A stretch of 64,000 bases of DNA from Alphaproteobacteria bacterium (lineage in GTDB: Bacteria > Pseudomonadota > Alphaproteobacteria > Bin95), in the NCBI GenBank assembly GCA_964291285.2, contig OZ219788.1, positions 96,001 through 160,000 of the forward strand, in the 5' to 3' direction. How positions within the stretch are numbered: position 1 is the first letter of the stretch; every line of letters begins with the position of its first letter. Both the position numbers and the translations under genes were made by a program. The notes beneath the pieces are model-generated. The model worked only from the letters and a program-made list of their open reading frames with translations, was not told where the DNA came from and did not search any database. This document shows positions 39,134 to 47,577 of the stretch, piece after piece.

Positions 39134-39958
39134 ATGGCCAGACGCATTCTCCTTTCCCTCGCCGCCATTGCGTTCATCTCCCTGAGCCTGATCCATCCGG
39201 CTGCGGCCGACCGCTTCATCATCGTCCAGTCCACCACCTCGACCCAGAACTCCGGCCTCTACGACCACATCCTGCCGCTGTTCCGGGAGCGGACCGGCAT
39301 CGAGGTGCGGGTCGTCGCGGTCGGCACCGGCCAGGCGCTTCGGAACGCCGCCAATGGCGACGGCGATGTGCTCCTCGTCCACGCCAGGTCCGACGAGGAA
39401 CGCTTCGTTTCCGACGGACACGGCATCAGCCGCGCCGATCTCATGTACAACGACTTCGTCATCGTCGGGCCTGCCGCCGACCCCGCGGGCGTGGCAGGCA
39501 TGGAGGACGCCGTGGCGGCGCTGGCCCTGATAGCGGAGGCGGAAGCGCCCTTCGTCTCGCGCGGCGACGACAGCGGCACGCACAAGGTCGAGCTCGAACT
39601 CTGGGAGGAGGCGGGCGTCGATGTCGGAGCCGCTTCGGGAGGCTGGTATCGCGAGACGGGTTCGGGCATGGGCGCGGCGCTCAACACCGCCAGCGGCATG
39701 GGCGCCTATGCGATGACCGACCGCGCCACCTGGACGGGCTTCGCCAACAGGAACGGCCAGCGGATTCTGGTCGAGGGCGATCCGAGGCTCTTCAACCAGT
39801 ACGGCATCGTGCTGGTGAATCCCGAACGGCACCCGAACGTGAAAGCCGGCCTCGGCCGGCTGTTCGTCGACTGGGTGCTCTCCGAGGAAGGACAGGCGGC
39901 CATCGCGTCCTACAGGGTGGACGGCCAGCAGGTCTTCTTTCCGAACGCCGGCGGTTGA
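39134..39958 (+). CDS. tupA: Tungstate ABC transporter substrate-binding protein
   Basis: TupA signature STTSTQNSGL, VAVGTGQAL, DVLLVH, MYNDF, FVSRGDDSGTH, DRATW, LFNQY. Confidence 0.9.
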   Translation: MARRILLSLAAIAFISLSLIHPAAADRFIIVQSTTSTQNSGLYDHILPLFRERTGIEVRVVAVGTGQALRNAANGDGDVLLVHARSDEERFVSDGHGISRADLMYNDFVIVGPAADPAGVAGMEDAVAALALIAEAEAPFVSRGDDSGTHKVELELWEEAGVDVGAASGGWYRETGSGMGAALNTASGMGAYAMTDRATWTGFANRNGQRILVEGDPRLFNQYGIVLVNPERHPNVKAGLGRLFVDWVLSEEGQAAIASYRVDGQQVFFPNAGG

Positions 39959-39997
39959 TGGATGCGAGCGGCCCTTTGCTGCCATAAGGAATGCGGC

Positions 39998-41035
39998 ATG
40001 ACACGGCTCTTGCGGTCCCTGCTGGCGGTTGCGCTGATTGGCCTCGCCATGCCGGGCGAGGCGCGCAGCGTCCGCGACTCCGCCGGGAGGGTCGTCGAAA
40101 TCCCGGACCGGGTGGAGCGCGTGTTTGCAGCCGGGCCGCCCGCCTCGATCCTCGTCTATGCGCTCAAGCCCGCCGCACTGCTCGGATGGCCGCGCGCGCT
40201 CCGGGACTACGAGAGGCCCTATATCGCCGAACCCTGGCGCGACCTTCCCGAGACCGGGCGGCTCACCGGGCGCGGCGGAGACGCGAACCTCGAACGGGTA
40301 ATTGCGCTCGGGCCCGACCTCATCGTCGATTTCGGCTCCGTGCGGGACACCTATATCGACCTCGCCAACCGCGTCCAGGACCAGACCGGCATCCCCTATG
40401 TCCTGGTCAACGGGCGCTTTTCCGAAACGGCGGCATCGCTCCGCCTCCTGGGCGAGGCACTGGGCGTCCCGGACCGCGGAGAGAGGCTTGCGGCGGACGT
40501 CGAGGCGACCTTCGCGGAACTCCGGGCCGCGCTCGGAGCCGTGCCCGTGAAGGAGCGGCCACGCGTCTATCTCGCCCGCGGCCCGGACGGGCTCGAGACG
40601 GGGCTGAAGGGCTCCATCAACACGGAGATCATCGAGCTCGCCGGCGGTCGTAACGTCGCCGATGCGCCCGGCCGCTACGGGCTGGTCCGGGCCTCGCCCG
40701 AGCAGGTGATCGTGGCCGATCCGGACACCATCGTCACCTGGGACAGGACCTTCTACGACCGTATCTGGCGCGAACCGCTCTGGCAGGGAATAACGGCGGT
40801 CCGCCGGGGCCGGGTCTATCTCTCGCCGACCGCGCCGTTCGGCTGGATCGACCGCCCGCCCTCCATCAACCGGATGATGGGCCTGAAATGGCTCGCCGGG
40901 CTCTTCTATCCCGAGTTGTGGCCGGGCGACCTGCGGGCCGAAACGCGCGCCTTCTACAGGCTCTGGTACCATGTCGATCTCGGCGGGTCGGACCTCGACC
41001 GGCTCCTCGAATGGACAAAGGGGCGCGCGCCCTGA
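39998..41035 (+). CDS. Type II (FecB/BtuF-fold) ABC substrate-binding protein
   Basis: Signal peptide, RDSAGR.VEIP..VERV, NLERVIALGPDLI, S.EQV..DPD.I, AVR.GRVY, PFGWIDRPPS.NR. Confidence 0.8.
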   Translation: MTRLLRSLLAVALIGLAMPGEARSVRDSAGRVVEIPDRVERVFAAGPPASILVYALKPAALLGWPRALRDYERPYIAEPWRDLPETGRLTGRGGDANLERVIALGPDLIVDFGSVRDTYIDLANRVQDQTGIPYVLVNGRFSETAASLRLLGEALGVPDRGERLAADVEATFAELRAALGAVPVKERPRVYLARGPDGLETGLKGSINTEIIELAGGRNVADAPGRYGLVRASPEQVIVADPDTIVTWDRTFYDRIWREPLWQGITAVRRGRVYLSPTAPFGWIDRPPSINRMMGLKWLAGLFYPELWPGDLRAETRAFYRLWYHVDLGGSDLDRLLEWTKGRAP

Positions 41036-42045
41036 ATTCCGCCCGCAAGCGCGGGCAAGCGGGAGCCGGAACGGCGCTCTGGCTCGCGGGCGCGCTGGTC
41101 CTCGGCAGCGTCGCCGCGCTGCTGGTCGGGCCCTATCCGCTCGGGCTCGTCGAAGCCTTGTCGGTGCTGGCCGGAGGCGAACGCGCCGGCCAGGCCGAAA
41201 CCGTGCTGCTGGCGATCCGGCTTCCGAGGGTGGCCGCCTCGCTGCTGGTCGGCGCGGCGCTGGCGGCGGCGGGCGCCTGCTACCAGACGATCTTCCGCAA
41301 CCCGCTCGTATCGCCAGACATTCTCGGCGTGTCCGCCGGGGCAGGCCTCGGTGCGGTGCTCGGGATCTTCCTGTCGCTTCCCGTCGCCGCGATCCAATTG
41401 CTGGGCTTTGCGGGCGGGCTCGGCGCGGTCGCTCTCGTCGGTTTCGTCGCCGCCGCGGTGAAGACGGGAGACCGCACCCTCGTTCTCGTGCTGGCGGGCG
41501 TGGTGGTCGGCGCGCTCGCCGGGGCGGCGACCTCGCTGCTCAAGGTCCTCGCCGATCCGTACGACCAGCTCCCCGCCATCACCTTCTGGCTGCTCGGCAG
41601 CCTCGCCGGGGTGAAGGCTGCGGACCTCATGCCCGCCGCGCCGGTCGTGGCCGCCGGCCTCGTGCCGCTGGTCCTGCTGCGCTGGCGGATCAACGTGCTG
41701 GCGCTCGGCGACGAGGAGGCGCGCGCGCTCGGCATCGAGGCCGGGCGGCTCCGCCTCGTCGTCATCCTCTGCGCCACACTCGTTACGGCGAGCGTCGTGG
41801 CGGTCGCGGGCGTCGTCGGCTGGGTCGGGCTCGTCATCCCGCATATCGCCCGCATGCTCGTCGGCCCCGGCTTCGGCCGGCTCCTGCCGGCGGCGGCCCT
41901 GCTCGGCGCCGGATACATGCTGGCGGTCGATACGCTCGCGCGCACGATTTCGGCCGCGGAGGTGCCGCTCGGCATTTTGACGGCCGTGGTGGGCGCGCCC
42001 TTCTTCCTCTGGCTGCTTGCACGGGGCCGGCGCGCATGGGCATGA
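41032..42045 (+). CDS. FecCD/BtuC-family ABC permease
   Basis: IRLPR, GA..Q..FRNPLVSPDILGVSAGA, FWLLGSL, LGDEEA..LG, GWVGLVIPH.AR, EVPLG..TA..GAPFF; start uncertain (41011 ATG or 41032 CTG). Confidence 0.85.
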   Translation: MNSARKRGQAGAGTALWLAGALVLGSVAALLVGPYPLGLVEALSVLAGGERAGQAETVLLAIRLPRVAASLLVGAALAAAGACYQTIFRNPLVSPDILGVSAGAGLGAVLGIFLSLPVAAIQLLGFAGGLGAVALVGFVAAAVKTGDRTLVLVLAGVVVGALAGAATSLLKVLADPYDQLPAITFWLLGSLAGVKAADLMPAAPVVAAGLVPLVLLRWRINVLALGDEEARALGIEAGRLRLVVILCATLVTASVVAVAGVVGWVGLVIPHIARMLVGPGFGRLLPAAALLGAGYMLAVDTLARTISAAEVPLGILTAVVGAPFFLWLLARGRRAWA

Positions 42046-42857
42046 CCGTCGAAACCCGCGACCTCGCGATCGGCTATCCGGGGCGCGAGGTCGGATCCGG
42101 CATAACGCTCGCCGCCGGGCCGGGCGCGGTGCTCTGCCTGCTCGGCCCCAACGGGTCCGGCAAGACGACCCTGTTCAGGACGCAGCTCGGCCTCATTCCG
42201 GCGCGGGGCGGACAGGTGCTGCTGGAGGGCCGGCCGCTCGACCGCCTCTCGCGCGCCGAGGTCGCGCAGCGCGTCGCCTATGTGCCGCAGGCGCACGCGC
42301 CGCCCTTCGCATGGTCCGCTTTCGAGGTCGTGCTGATGGGCCGGACGGCGCGGCTCGGGCTCTTCTCGCAGCCGGGCGAGGCCGACCGCGAAGCGGCGCG
42401 TGCCGCGCTGGAGCGCCTGCGCATCGGCGGTCTGGCGGAGGCGGACTACACCCGCCTCTCCGGCGGCCAGCGCCAGCTCGTGCTGGTCGCCCGGGCGCTC
42501 GCGCAGGAAACGCCGGTGCTCATCATGGACGAGCCGACCGCCAGCCTCGATTTCGGCAATCAGGCGCTGGTGCTCCGGGAGATTGCCGGGCTCGCCGCAG
42601 ACGGGCTCACGGTCATTCTCTCGACCCACGATCCCGACCACGCCTTCGCCGTCGGCACCGATGTCGCCCTCTTGCATGAGGGGCGCGTGAGGGCGACAGG
42701 CCCGCCCGCCTCGGCCCTCACCGAAGAGGCGCTGTCCACCGTTTACGGGGTCGATGTCCGGGTGGAGCGGCTCGCCGGCGGCAGGACGGTCTGCGTGCCG
42801 TCGCTCTCGCGTCAGGGCGAGAGCCAGCGCACCGACCCGGCTTCGGACAGGTCGTAG
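42042..42857 (+). CDS. FecE/BtuD-family ABC ATP-binding protein
   Basis: GPNGSGKTT, AYVPQ, V.MGR, LSGGQRQL, DEPTASLDFGNQ, STHDPDHA; the 3' end overlaps the convergent regulator by 46 bp. Confidence 0.85.
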   Translation: MTVETRDLAIGYPGREVGSGITLAAGPGAVLCLLGPNGSGKTTLFRTQLGLIPARGGQVLLEGRPLDRLSRAEVAQRVAYVPQAHAPPFAWSAFEVVLMGRTARLGLFSQPGEADREAARAALERLRIGGLAEADYTRLSGGQRQLVLVARALAQETPVLIMDEPTASLDFGNQALVLREIAGLAADGLTVILSTHDPDHAFAVGTDVALLHEGRVRATGPPASALTEEALSTVYGVDVRVERLAGGRTVCVPSLSRQGESQRTDPASDRS

Positions 42858-43705
42858 CCGCCCATCGCGGCGGCCTTGCGCCGGAAGGCGCCGCTGCCCG
42901 CGAAGGCCATGAGCGCCTGCACCCGGTCGGTGAAATAGGCCCGCCGGTCGATCAGCAGGTCGAACCGCTCGCTGACCAGCGGCAGGAAAGGCAAGTGGAA
43001 CTGGCGCGCCATCGCCTCGATGCCGGGGGCCGCATCTGCCTCGCCCGCGGCGACCGCCGCCGCCGCATCGCTCTCGGTCCGCGCCAGCTCCGCGGAGGGA
43101 ATCAGGTCCGACGCCGTCAGCCCTTCCTTCGACAGGAGCGCCTCGAAGAGCGCCGCCGCGCCCGCCCCCGGCTGGCGCATGACGACCCGCCGGCCCCGGA
43201 GGTCGGACATGCAGCGCACCTGGCTGCGCATCGCCTCCGAGAGCACGAGCCCCCGCGCCCGGCCGGCCCATGCGACCAGCACCGAACCGCGCAGGCCGCG
43301 CGCAGCAACGGTCCGGACATTCCAGTCCGTTTCCTCCGGTATGTGCAGCCCGGCAAGCGCGGCGCGGCCGCCGGCGAAGGAGTCCAGGCCGTCGAGGCTG
43401 CCGTTCCAGAGCGTCGCAAGCCCCGAGCCGGATTCGCGCACCGCCCAGTCGAGGAGCGGGTCGTGGGAGCCGGTCAACACCTCCGGCCGCTCGGGGGACG
43501 CGGCGTCGCCGCCGCCCTCGATCCACGCCAGGATCTCCGTGCGCGGGAAGAGCAGCTTGCCGGTGATCCGCCGGTGCGGAATCCCGCCCGCGGCGGCGAG
43601 ATCGTACACCTTGCGTTCGCGCACGCGCAGAAGCGCCGCCACCTCCTTCGTCGTGAGGTAAGGCGGCTGCCCGCCGCCGGTTTCTTCGGGAAAGTCCTGA
43701 GCCAT
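42812..43705 (-). CDS. Excisionase-type HTH + periplasmic-binding-protein-like (molybdate-binding) transcriptional regulator (TaoR-like architecture)
   Basis: YLTTKEVAALLRVRERKVYDL..IP..TGKLLFPR (HTH_17), followed by GSHDPLL, GSLDGL, AGLH, RQPGAG, ERFDL (PBP_like); sits at the end of the Mo/W cluster. Confidence 0.8.
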   Translation of the reverse strand: MAQDFPEETGGGQPPYLTTKEVAALLRVRERKVYDLAAAGGIPHRRITGKLLFPRTEILAWIEGGGDAASPERPEVLTGSHDPLLDWAVRESGSGLATLWNGSLDGLDSFAGGRAALAGLHIPEETDWNVRTVAARGLRGSVLVAWAGRARGLVLSEAMRSQVRCMSDLRGRRVVMRQPGAGAAALFEALLSKEGLTASDLIPSAELARTESDAAAAVAAGEADAAPGIEAMARQFHLPFLPLVSERFDLLIDRRAYFTDRVQALMAFAGSGAFRRKAAAMGGYDLSEAGSVRWLSP

Positions 43706-43807
43706 GGTTCCCGGGATTAATACCACTGTTGACGGGTCGATACCGACGAAGCCGCGGCCCGCTTCGGACCGGGGCGGCGCAACGCGGCCAGCGGACCTCC
43801 CGGCGGA

Positions 43808-43865
43808 TGTCATGAGATGTCATGTTTTGTCATGGTCCTCCTGCCATGTGTCATGAGATGTCATG
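43808..43865 (-). repeat. Five CATGACA repeats (minus strand) spaced 10, 10, 21, 10 bp (right copy)
   Basis: TGTCATG on the plus strand at 43808, 43818, 43828, 43849 and 43859; inverted counterpart of 33588-33618. Confidence 0.9.
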
Positions 43866-44075
43866 TTCTGCATGCGCAGGGGTCATATGCTGTAGCCGTT
43901 TCAGGCATGAGGTCGTCCACTCTTTGGTCTCTTTCTGTATCTTGCGTTCACCGTCGCCCCGGCCCCGGAGCCGGGGCTCGTCCCTGACCGTTGCAGCCCG
44001 GTGGAGAGGGCGGAGGATGGACCCCGGCTCTCCGCTCCGCTCCGGTCGGGGTGACGGTTGAGGTTTTGCGGTCAT
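43851..44075 (-). other. Short 74-aa ORF or remnant in the position of the terS-like gene within the right element
   Basis: Strong RBS (TAAGGAGG) before the ATG at 44075, just after the conserved leader; ends inside the CATGACA repeats; no recognisable domain and largely made of a REP-like palindrome. Confidence 0.3.
43950..44058. repeat. REP-like palindrome doublet (REPIN-type)
   Basis: ACCGTCGCCCCGGCC..GAGCCGGGG..(spacer)..GGACCCCGGCTCTCCGCTCCGCTCCGGTCGGGGTGACGGT; the outer arms pair at 13/15 and each unit is itself a hairpin; resembles alphaproteobacterial GTCAYCCCGG-type REPs. Confidence 0.65.
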
Positions 44076-44088
44076 CGTTCCTCCTTAC

Positions 44089-44320
44089 TCCGACGGGGAG
44101 CGGGTCCCTTTTCCGCGCGTATCCCGCGCGGGCGCCTGTGCACGTGCCGGCGCGCGTGTCGCGGCGGCGCGGTTCGCGCGCCTGATTGCGCGCGCGAGGC
44201 GGAGGGCGCACGTCTCCCGTCAGCTTCTCACGTGTTTTCAGAAACCGGCGCCGCTCGGCCGCGCAACGCCCGGGGACGCGGCTCCGGAGTCCGCTTCCCT
44301 GGGGACCATCATACCACAAT
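44089..44320 (-). repeat. Right copy of the conserved non-coding leader with extended -10 promoter block
   Basis: Reverse complement shares the 15-bp, 11-bp, 28-bp and GATACGCGCG/CGCTCCCCG blocks, in the same order, with 32305-32514. Confidence 0.85.
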
Positions 44321-44462
44321 CCGCCAGATGTTAAGCTCAAATCACGAACAAAATCCAAAAATACTGGAAATTGTTCATATTTCATGGATACAGACAGTGG
44401 ATAACGGTCAGTGAATAGTAAATAGCAGGCGGGCCAGAGCGCTATCCACCAGCCACCGGCAG

Positions 44463-45569
44463 TCAGCCTGCCGGGAAATAGTCCTCGCAACTGCCCTCGC
44501 GGCGCACATCCGCCGTCGCGCAGTGAAGGCCGCCGCCAAAGGCGTAGGCGTCGCGGAAGGGAACCGGGACCACCTCCAGGCCCAGCCTGTCGATCTGGTC
44601 CATCTGGTGGACCTCGCTCGCCTCCACGCAGACCGTCTTCGGGTCCAGCACCAGCACGTTCATCGACAGCCACACGCTCGAATAGCAAAGCGGCGGCGGG
44701 CTGTTATGCGCCGGGCGGGCCGCATCGACGATCTCCCAGCCATTGCGGTTGAAGACTTCGCGCTGCTCGTCCGGCAGGCGGCGCTCGGGATTGTTGAGGA
44801 CGAGGCCCGGCCGGAGCGGCGTGAAGCTCGCGTCGATGTGGATCGGATAGGGATCGCCCGGAAAGTTGAGCGCATGGACACGGTGGTCCGGGAAATGCCG
44901 GCGTAGCCACTCGATACCGGTGAGGTTCGTGGTGAAACCGTGCTGGACGAAGAGGTCGCGCCCGAAACGCAGCACGTCGGCCGCGTCGAACAGCGGCTCC
45001 GCCTCGGTGGTGACGAAATCCTTCGCCGCCACCATCTCCAGACGCTCCTCGATGGTGATGTCGTCGGAGAGGTAGTCCGGCTTGTAGGAGGCGTCCGTGA
45101 GGCGCGGCTTCGGCGCCGCCTCGTGGCGCATGTTCGGGTCATCGTCCCAGAAGCGCTTCAGCAGCGGGCGGTAGCAGAGATATTCGAACCAGCGTGAGCG
45201 GTAGGACATGGTCGCTTCGAGCATCTCGGAGCCGACCGTCAGCAGCACGTCGCGCGGCGGCTGGCAGCCGAACATCGAGCCGTGGCTCCAGTCCGGGGTC
45301 GCAATAGCCCGGTTGAAGTCTATGGGGTCCGGACGGTCCACCCGGATGCCGCGCTTCTCCAGCATGGCGGCGAAGGCGTCCAGCTGCTCGTTGGCGCGGT
45401 CCACGGTCTCCTGCGACCGGGGCCCGTGAACGCCGCGCATGTCGCTGTCCAGCGGGATTTTCGGATCGCTGGCGGGCTCCGGCGGCGGGATACAGCAACC
45501 GTCCGCCCGCCCCACGATCACATGGCGCAGCGGGTCCCACTCGTTCCAGCTGTTGACGACCGTCTTCAC
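44463..45569 (-). CDS. Amidinotransferase (glycine / inosamine-phosphate amidinotransferase family)
   Basis: VNSWNEWDPL..VIVG, PRD.LLTVG.EMLEA.M..RSRWFEY, catalytic FDAAD, HID, GGGLHCATAD; GTG start. Confidence 0.85.
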   Translation of the reverse strand: MKTVVNSWNEWDPLRHVIVGRADGCCIPPPEPASDPKIPLDSDMRGVHGPRSQETVDRANEQLDAFAAMLEKRGIRVDRPDPIDFNRAIATPDWSHGSMFGCQPPRDVLLTVGSEMLEATMSYRSRWFEYLCYRPLLKRFWDDDPNMRHEAAPKPRLTDASYKPDYLSDDITIEERLEMVAAKDFVTTEAEPLFDAADVLRFGRDLFVQHGFTTNLTGIEWLRRHFPDHRVHALNFPGDPYPIHIDASFTPLRPGLVLNNPERRLPDEQREVFNRNGWEIVDAARPAHNSPPPLCYSSVWLSMNVLVLDPKTVCVEASEVHQMDQIDRLGLEVVPVPFRDAYAFGGGLHCATADVRREGSCEDYFPAG

Positions 45570-45582
45570 GCTTTTCCCCCGT

Positions 45583-46473
45583 TCAACCGCCGGCGCGGAT
45601 GGTCTCGATGATCGAGGAGAAATCGCGCGGGCCGTTGCCCCCGGCCACATGGAGCGCCATCAGCGCCTCGGCGAGCGCGCCCATCGGCGTACCGGTGCCG
45701 CTCTTCATCGCGGCGTCTCTCGCAAGCCGCAGGTCCTTGACCATCATGTCGGCGGTGAACCCCGGCTGGAACCCGTTATTGGCGGGCGAGGCCGGAACCG
45801 GACCCGGTACCGGGCAGTAACTCGTCACCGCCCAGCTCTGGCCGGAGGAGTTGGCGACCACGTCGAAGAGTGTCTGGCGGTCGAGGCCCAGATTATCGGC
45901 GAGCGTGAAGCCCTCGCAGACGCCCAGCATGCTGATCGCCAGCATCATGTTGTTGCAGACCTTCGCCGCCTGGCCGTTGCCGGCCGGGCCGCAATGCACG
46001 ATCCGCGCGCCCATATGCTCCAGGATCGGGCGGGCCTTCTCGAAAGCCGCCTCCGGCCCGCCGACCATGAAGGTGAGCGTGCCCGCGACGGCTCCACCCG
46101 TGCCGCCCGAGACTGGCGCATCGACCATCTCAAGGCCTCGCGCCGCCGCTTCCCCGGCAACGTCGCGGGCCGTGGCGACGTCGATGGTCGAGCAGTCGAT
46201 GAGCAGCGTGCCCGGCTTCACCGCGTCCAGGACTTCGCCGGCACCCAGATAGACATCGCGCACTTCCGGGCCTGCCGGAACCATGGTGACGACCGCTTCC
46301 GCACCATCGACGGCCGCCGCCGCCGAGGCCGCCCGGGTGGCTCCGGCCTCGATGATGTCCGCCAGCGCCGCCTCCACCGGGTCCCAGGCGGTTACCGCGT
46401 GCTGGGCCGTCATCAGGTTTCGGGCCATGGGACCGCCCATATTGCCGACCCCGATAAATGCGATCCGCGCCAT
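45583..46473 (-). CDS. mmsB: 3-hydroxyisobutyrate dehydrogenase
   Basis: IAFIGVGNMGGPMARNL, DCSTID, DAPVSGG..GA..GTLTFMVGG, GNGQAAKVCNNM, YCPVPGPVP.SPAN, DFS. Confidence 0.9.
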   Translation of the reverse strand: MARIAFIGVGNMGGPMARNLMTAQHAVTAWDPVEAALADIIEAGATRAASAAAAVDGAEAVVTMVPAGPEVRDVYLGAGEVLDAVKPGTLLIDCSTIDVATARDVAGEAAARGLEMVDAPVSGGTGGAVAGTLTFMVGGPEAAFEKARPILEHMGARIVHCGPAGNGQAAKVCNNMMLAISMLGVCEGFTLADNLGLDRQTLFDVVANSSGQSWAVTSYCPVPGPVPASPANNGFQPGFTADMMVKDLRLARDAAMKSGTGTPMGALAEALMALHVAGGNGPRDFSSIIETIRAGG

Positions 46474-46485
46474 TCCGTCAGCTCC

Positions 46486-47577
46486 TCATGTCCGGGCGAA
46501 GCGGCGAACGGGATTGTCGAATGCCAGTTCCTCGTCCGCCGGAGAGAAATAGCCTGCGACCGCCTCCGCCGTCACCCCGGAAAGCGCCGCCGGCTGCCAG
46601 GCCGGGCGGTTGTCCTTGTCGAGGATGAGCGCGCGGACGCCTTCGAAGAAATCGTGGCCCCGCATGAACGCCTGCGACATGCGGTATTCCAGCGCAAGCG
46701 CTGCGTCGAATTCGAGCCCGCCGCCGCGCCGGTATTGCTCGAACGCCACCTTGAGCGAGGTCGGCGCCTTGGCCAGCATGGCCTTGCGTGTCTTCTCCGC
46801 CCATTCGCCGCCCTCGCCTTCCAGCGCCTCCAGCACCGCCTCCACCGACGGCTTCGAAAAGCAGCGCTCCATCGCAGGGCGCACCTGCGCGATGGGGGGC
46901 GGGCCGGGGTTTTCGGAGAAGCGGTCCAGCACCGCGCTTACCTCGGCGTGGTTGACCTCGATATCCTCCCCGTCGAGCGGAGCGGCGGCCAGCGCGGCCT
47001 TCAGGTCCTCCAGCCGCGCGCTCGGCACGTAATGGGTCGCGATGCCGGCATGGTAGCTGTCCGCCCCGCCGAGGCGGGCGCCCGTGAGCGCGAGATAGAG
47101 CCCGAGCCGCCCCGGCAGGCGGGGCAGGAACCATGTCGCGCCGACATCGGGAAAGAAGCCGATGCCGGTTTCCGGCATGGCGAACACCGTGCGTTCGGTC
47201 GCCACGCGGTGCGAGCCGAGCACGGAAACGCCGACGCCGCCGCCCATCACGATGCCGTCAATCAGCGCGACATAGGGCTTCGGGTAATGGAAAACCCGCC
47301 AGTCGAGGATATATTCGTCCCAGAAGAACATGCTGGTATAGGGATCGCCCGCCCGGCCCGCTTCGCAGAGCCTCTGGATGTCGCCGCCGGCGGCGAAGGC
47401 GCGCTCGCCTGCCCCTTCCGCGACCACGGCGCGGACCGCAGCATCCTCCGCCCAGGCCAGCAATTGCCGGTCGAAGGCATCCACCATTTCCAGGGTGAGC
47501 GCATTCATGGCCTTCGGACGGTTCAGCAGAACGAGGCCGAGGCCGCCGCTGCGGTCGAACAATATGTCGTCTTTCAT
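46486..47577 (-). CDS. 3-hydroxyisobutyryl-CoA hydrolase-like enoyl-CoA hydratase/isomerase family protein
   Basis: [60 protein letters not shown]. Confidence 0.85.
   Translation of the reverse strand: MKDDILFDRSGGLGLVLLNRPKAMNALTLEMVDAFDRQLLAWAEDAAVRAVVAEGAGERAFAAGGDIQRLCEAGRAGDPYTSMFFWDEYILDWRVFHYPKPYVALIDGIVMGGGVGVSVLGSHRVATERTVFAMPETGIGFFPDVGATWFLPRLPGRLGLYLALTGARLGGADSYHAGIATHYVPSARLEDLKAALAAAPLDGEDIEVNHAEVSAVLDRFSENPGPPPIAQVRPAMERCFSKPSVEAVLEALEGEGGEWAEKTRKAMLAKAPTSLKVAFEQYRRGGGLEFDAALALEYRMSQAFMRGHDFFEGVRALILDKDNRPAWQPAALSGVTAEAVAGYFSPADEELAFDNPVRRFART

Noticed and set aside
43810-43833. Micro-ORF MTKHDIS (and MTKHDIP at 33593-33616) inside the CATGACA arrays
   Set aside because: It is a by-product of the ATGACA repeat, which creates ATG and TGA automatically. 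The AGGAGG is only 3 nt from the ATG on the right and absent on the left.
33588-43865. CATGACA repeats as a CRISPR array or classical IS terminal inverted repeats
   Set aside because: The units are 7 bp with 3-bp gaps and have no unique spacers or cas genes. No transposase or target-site duplication was seen.
44345-44390. Possible alphaproteobacterial LexA box (GAAC-N7-GAAC / GTTC-N7-GTTC) upstream of the right-hand promoter
   Set aside because: Only single half-sites are present, and the second half does not match at the required spacing.
44396-44430. Weak 7-bp periodicity AGTGGAT-AACGGTC-AGTGAAT-AGTAAAT-AGCAGGC in the AT-rich spacer
   Set aside because: Too short and degenerate to separate from chance.
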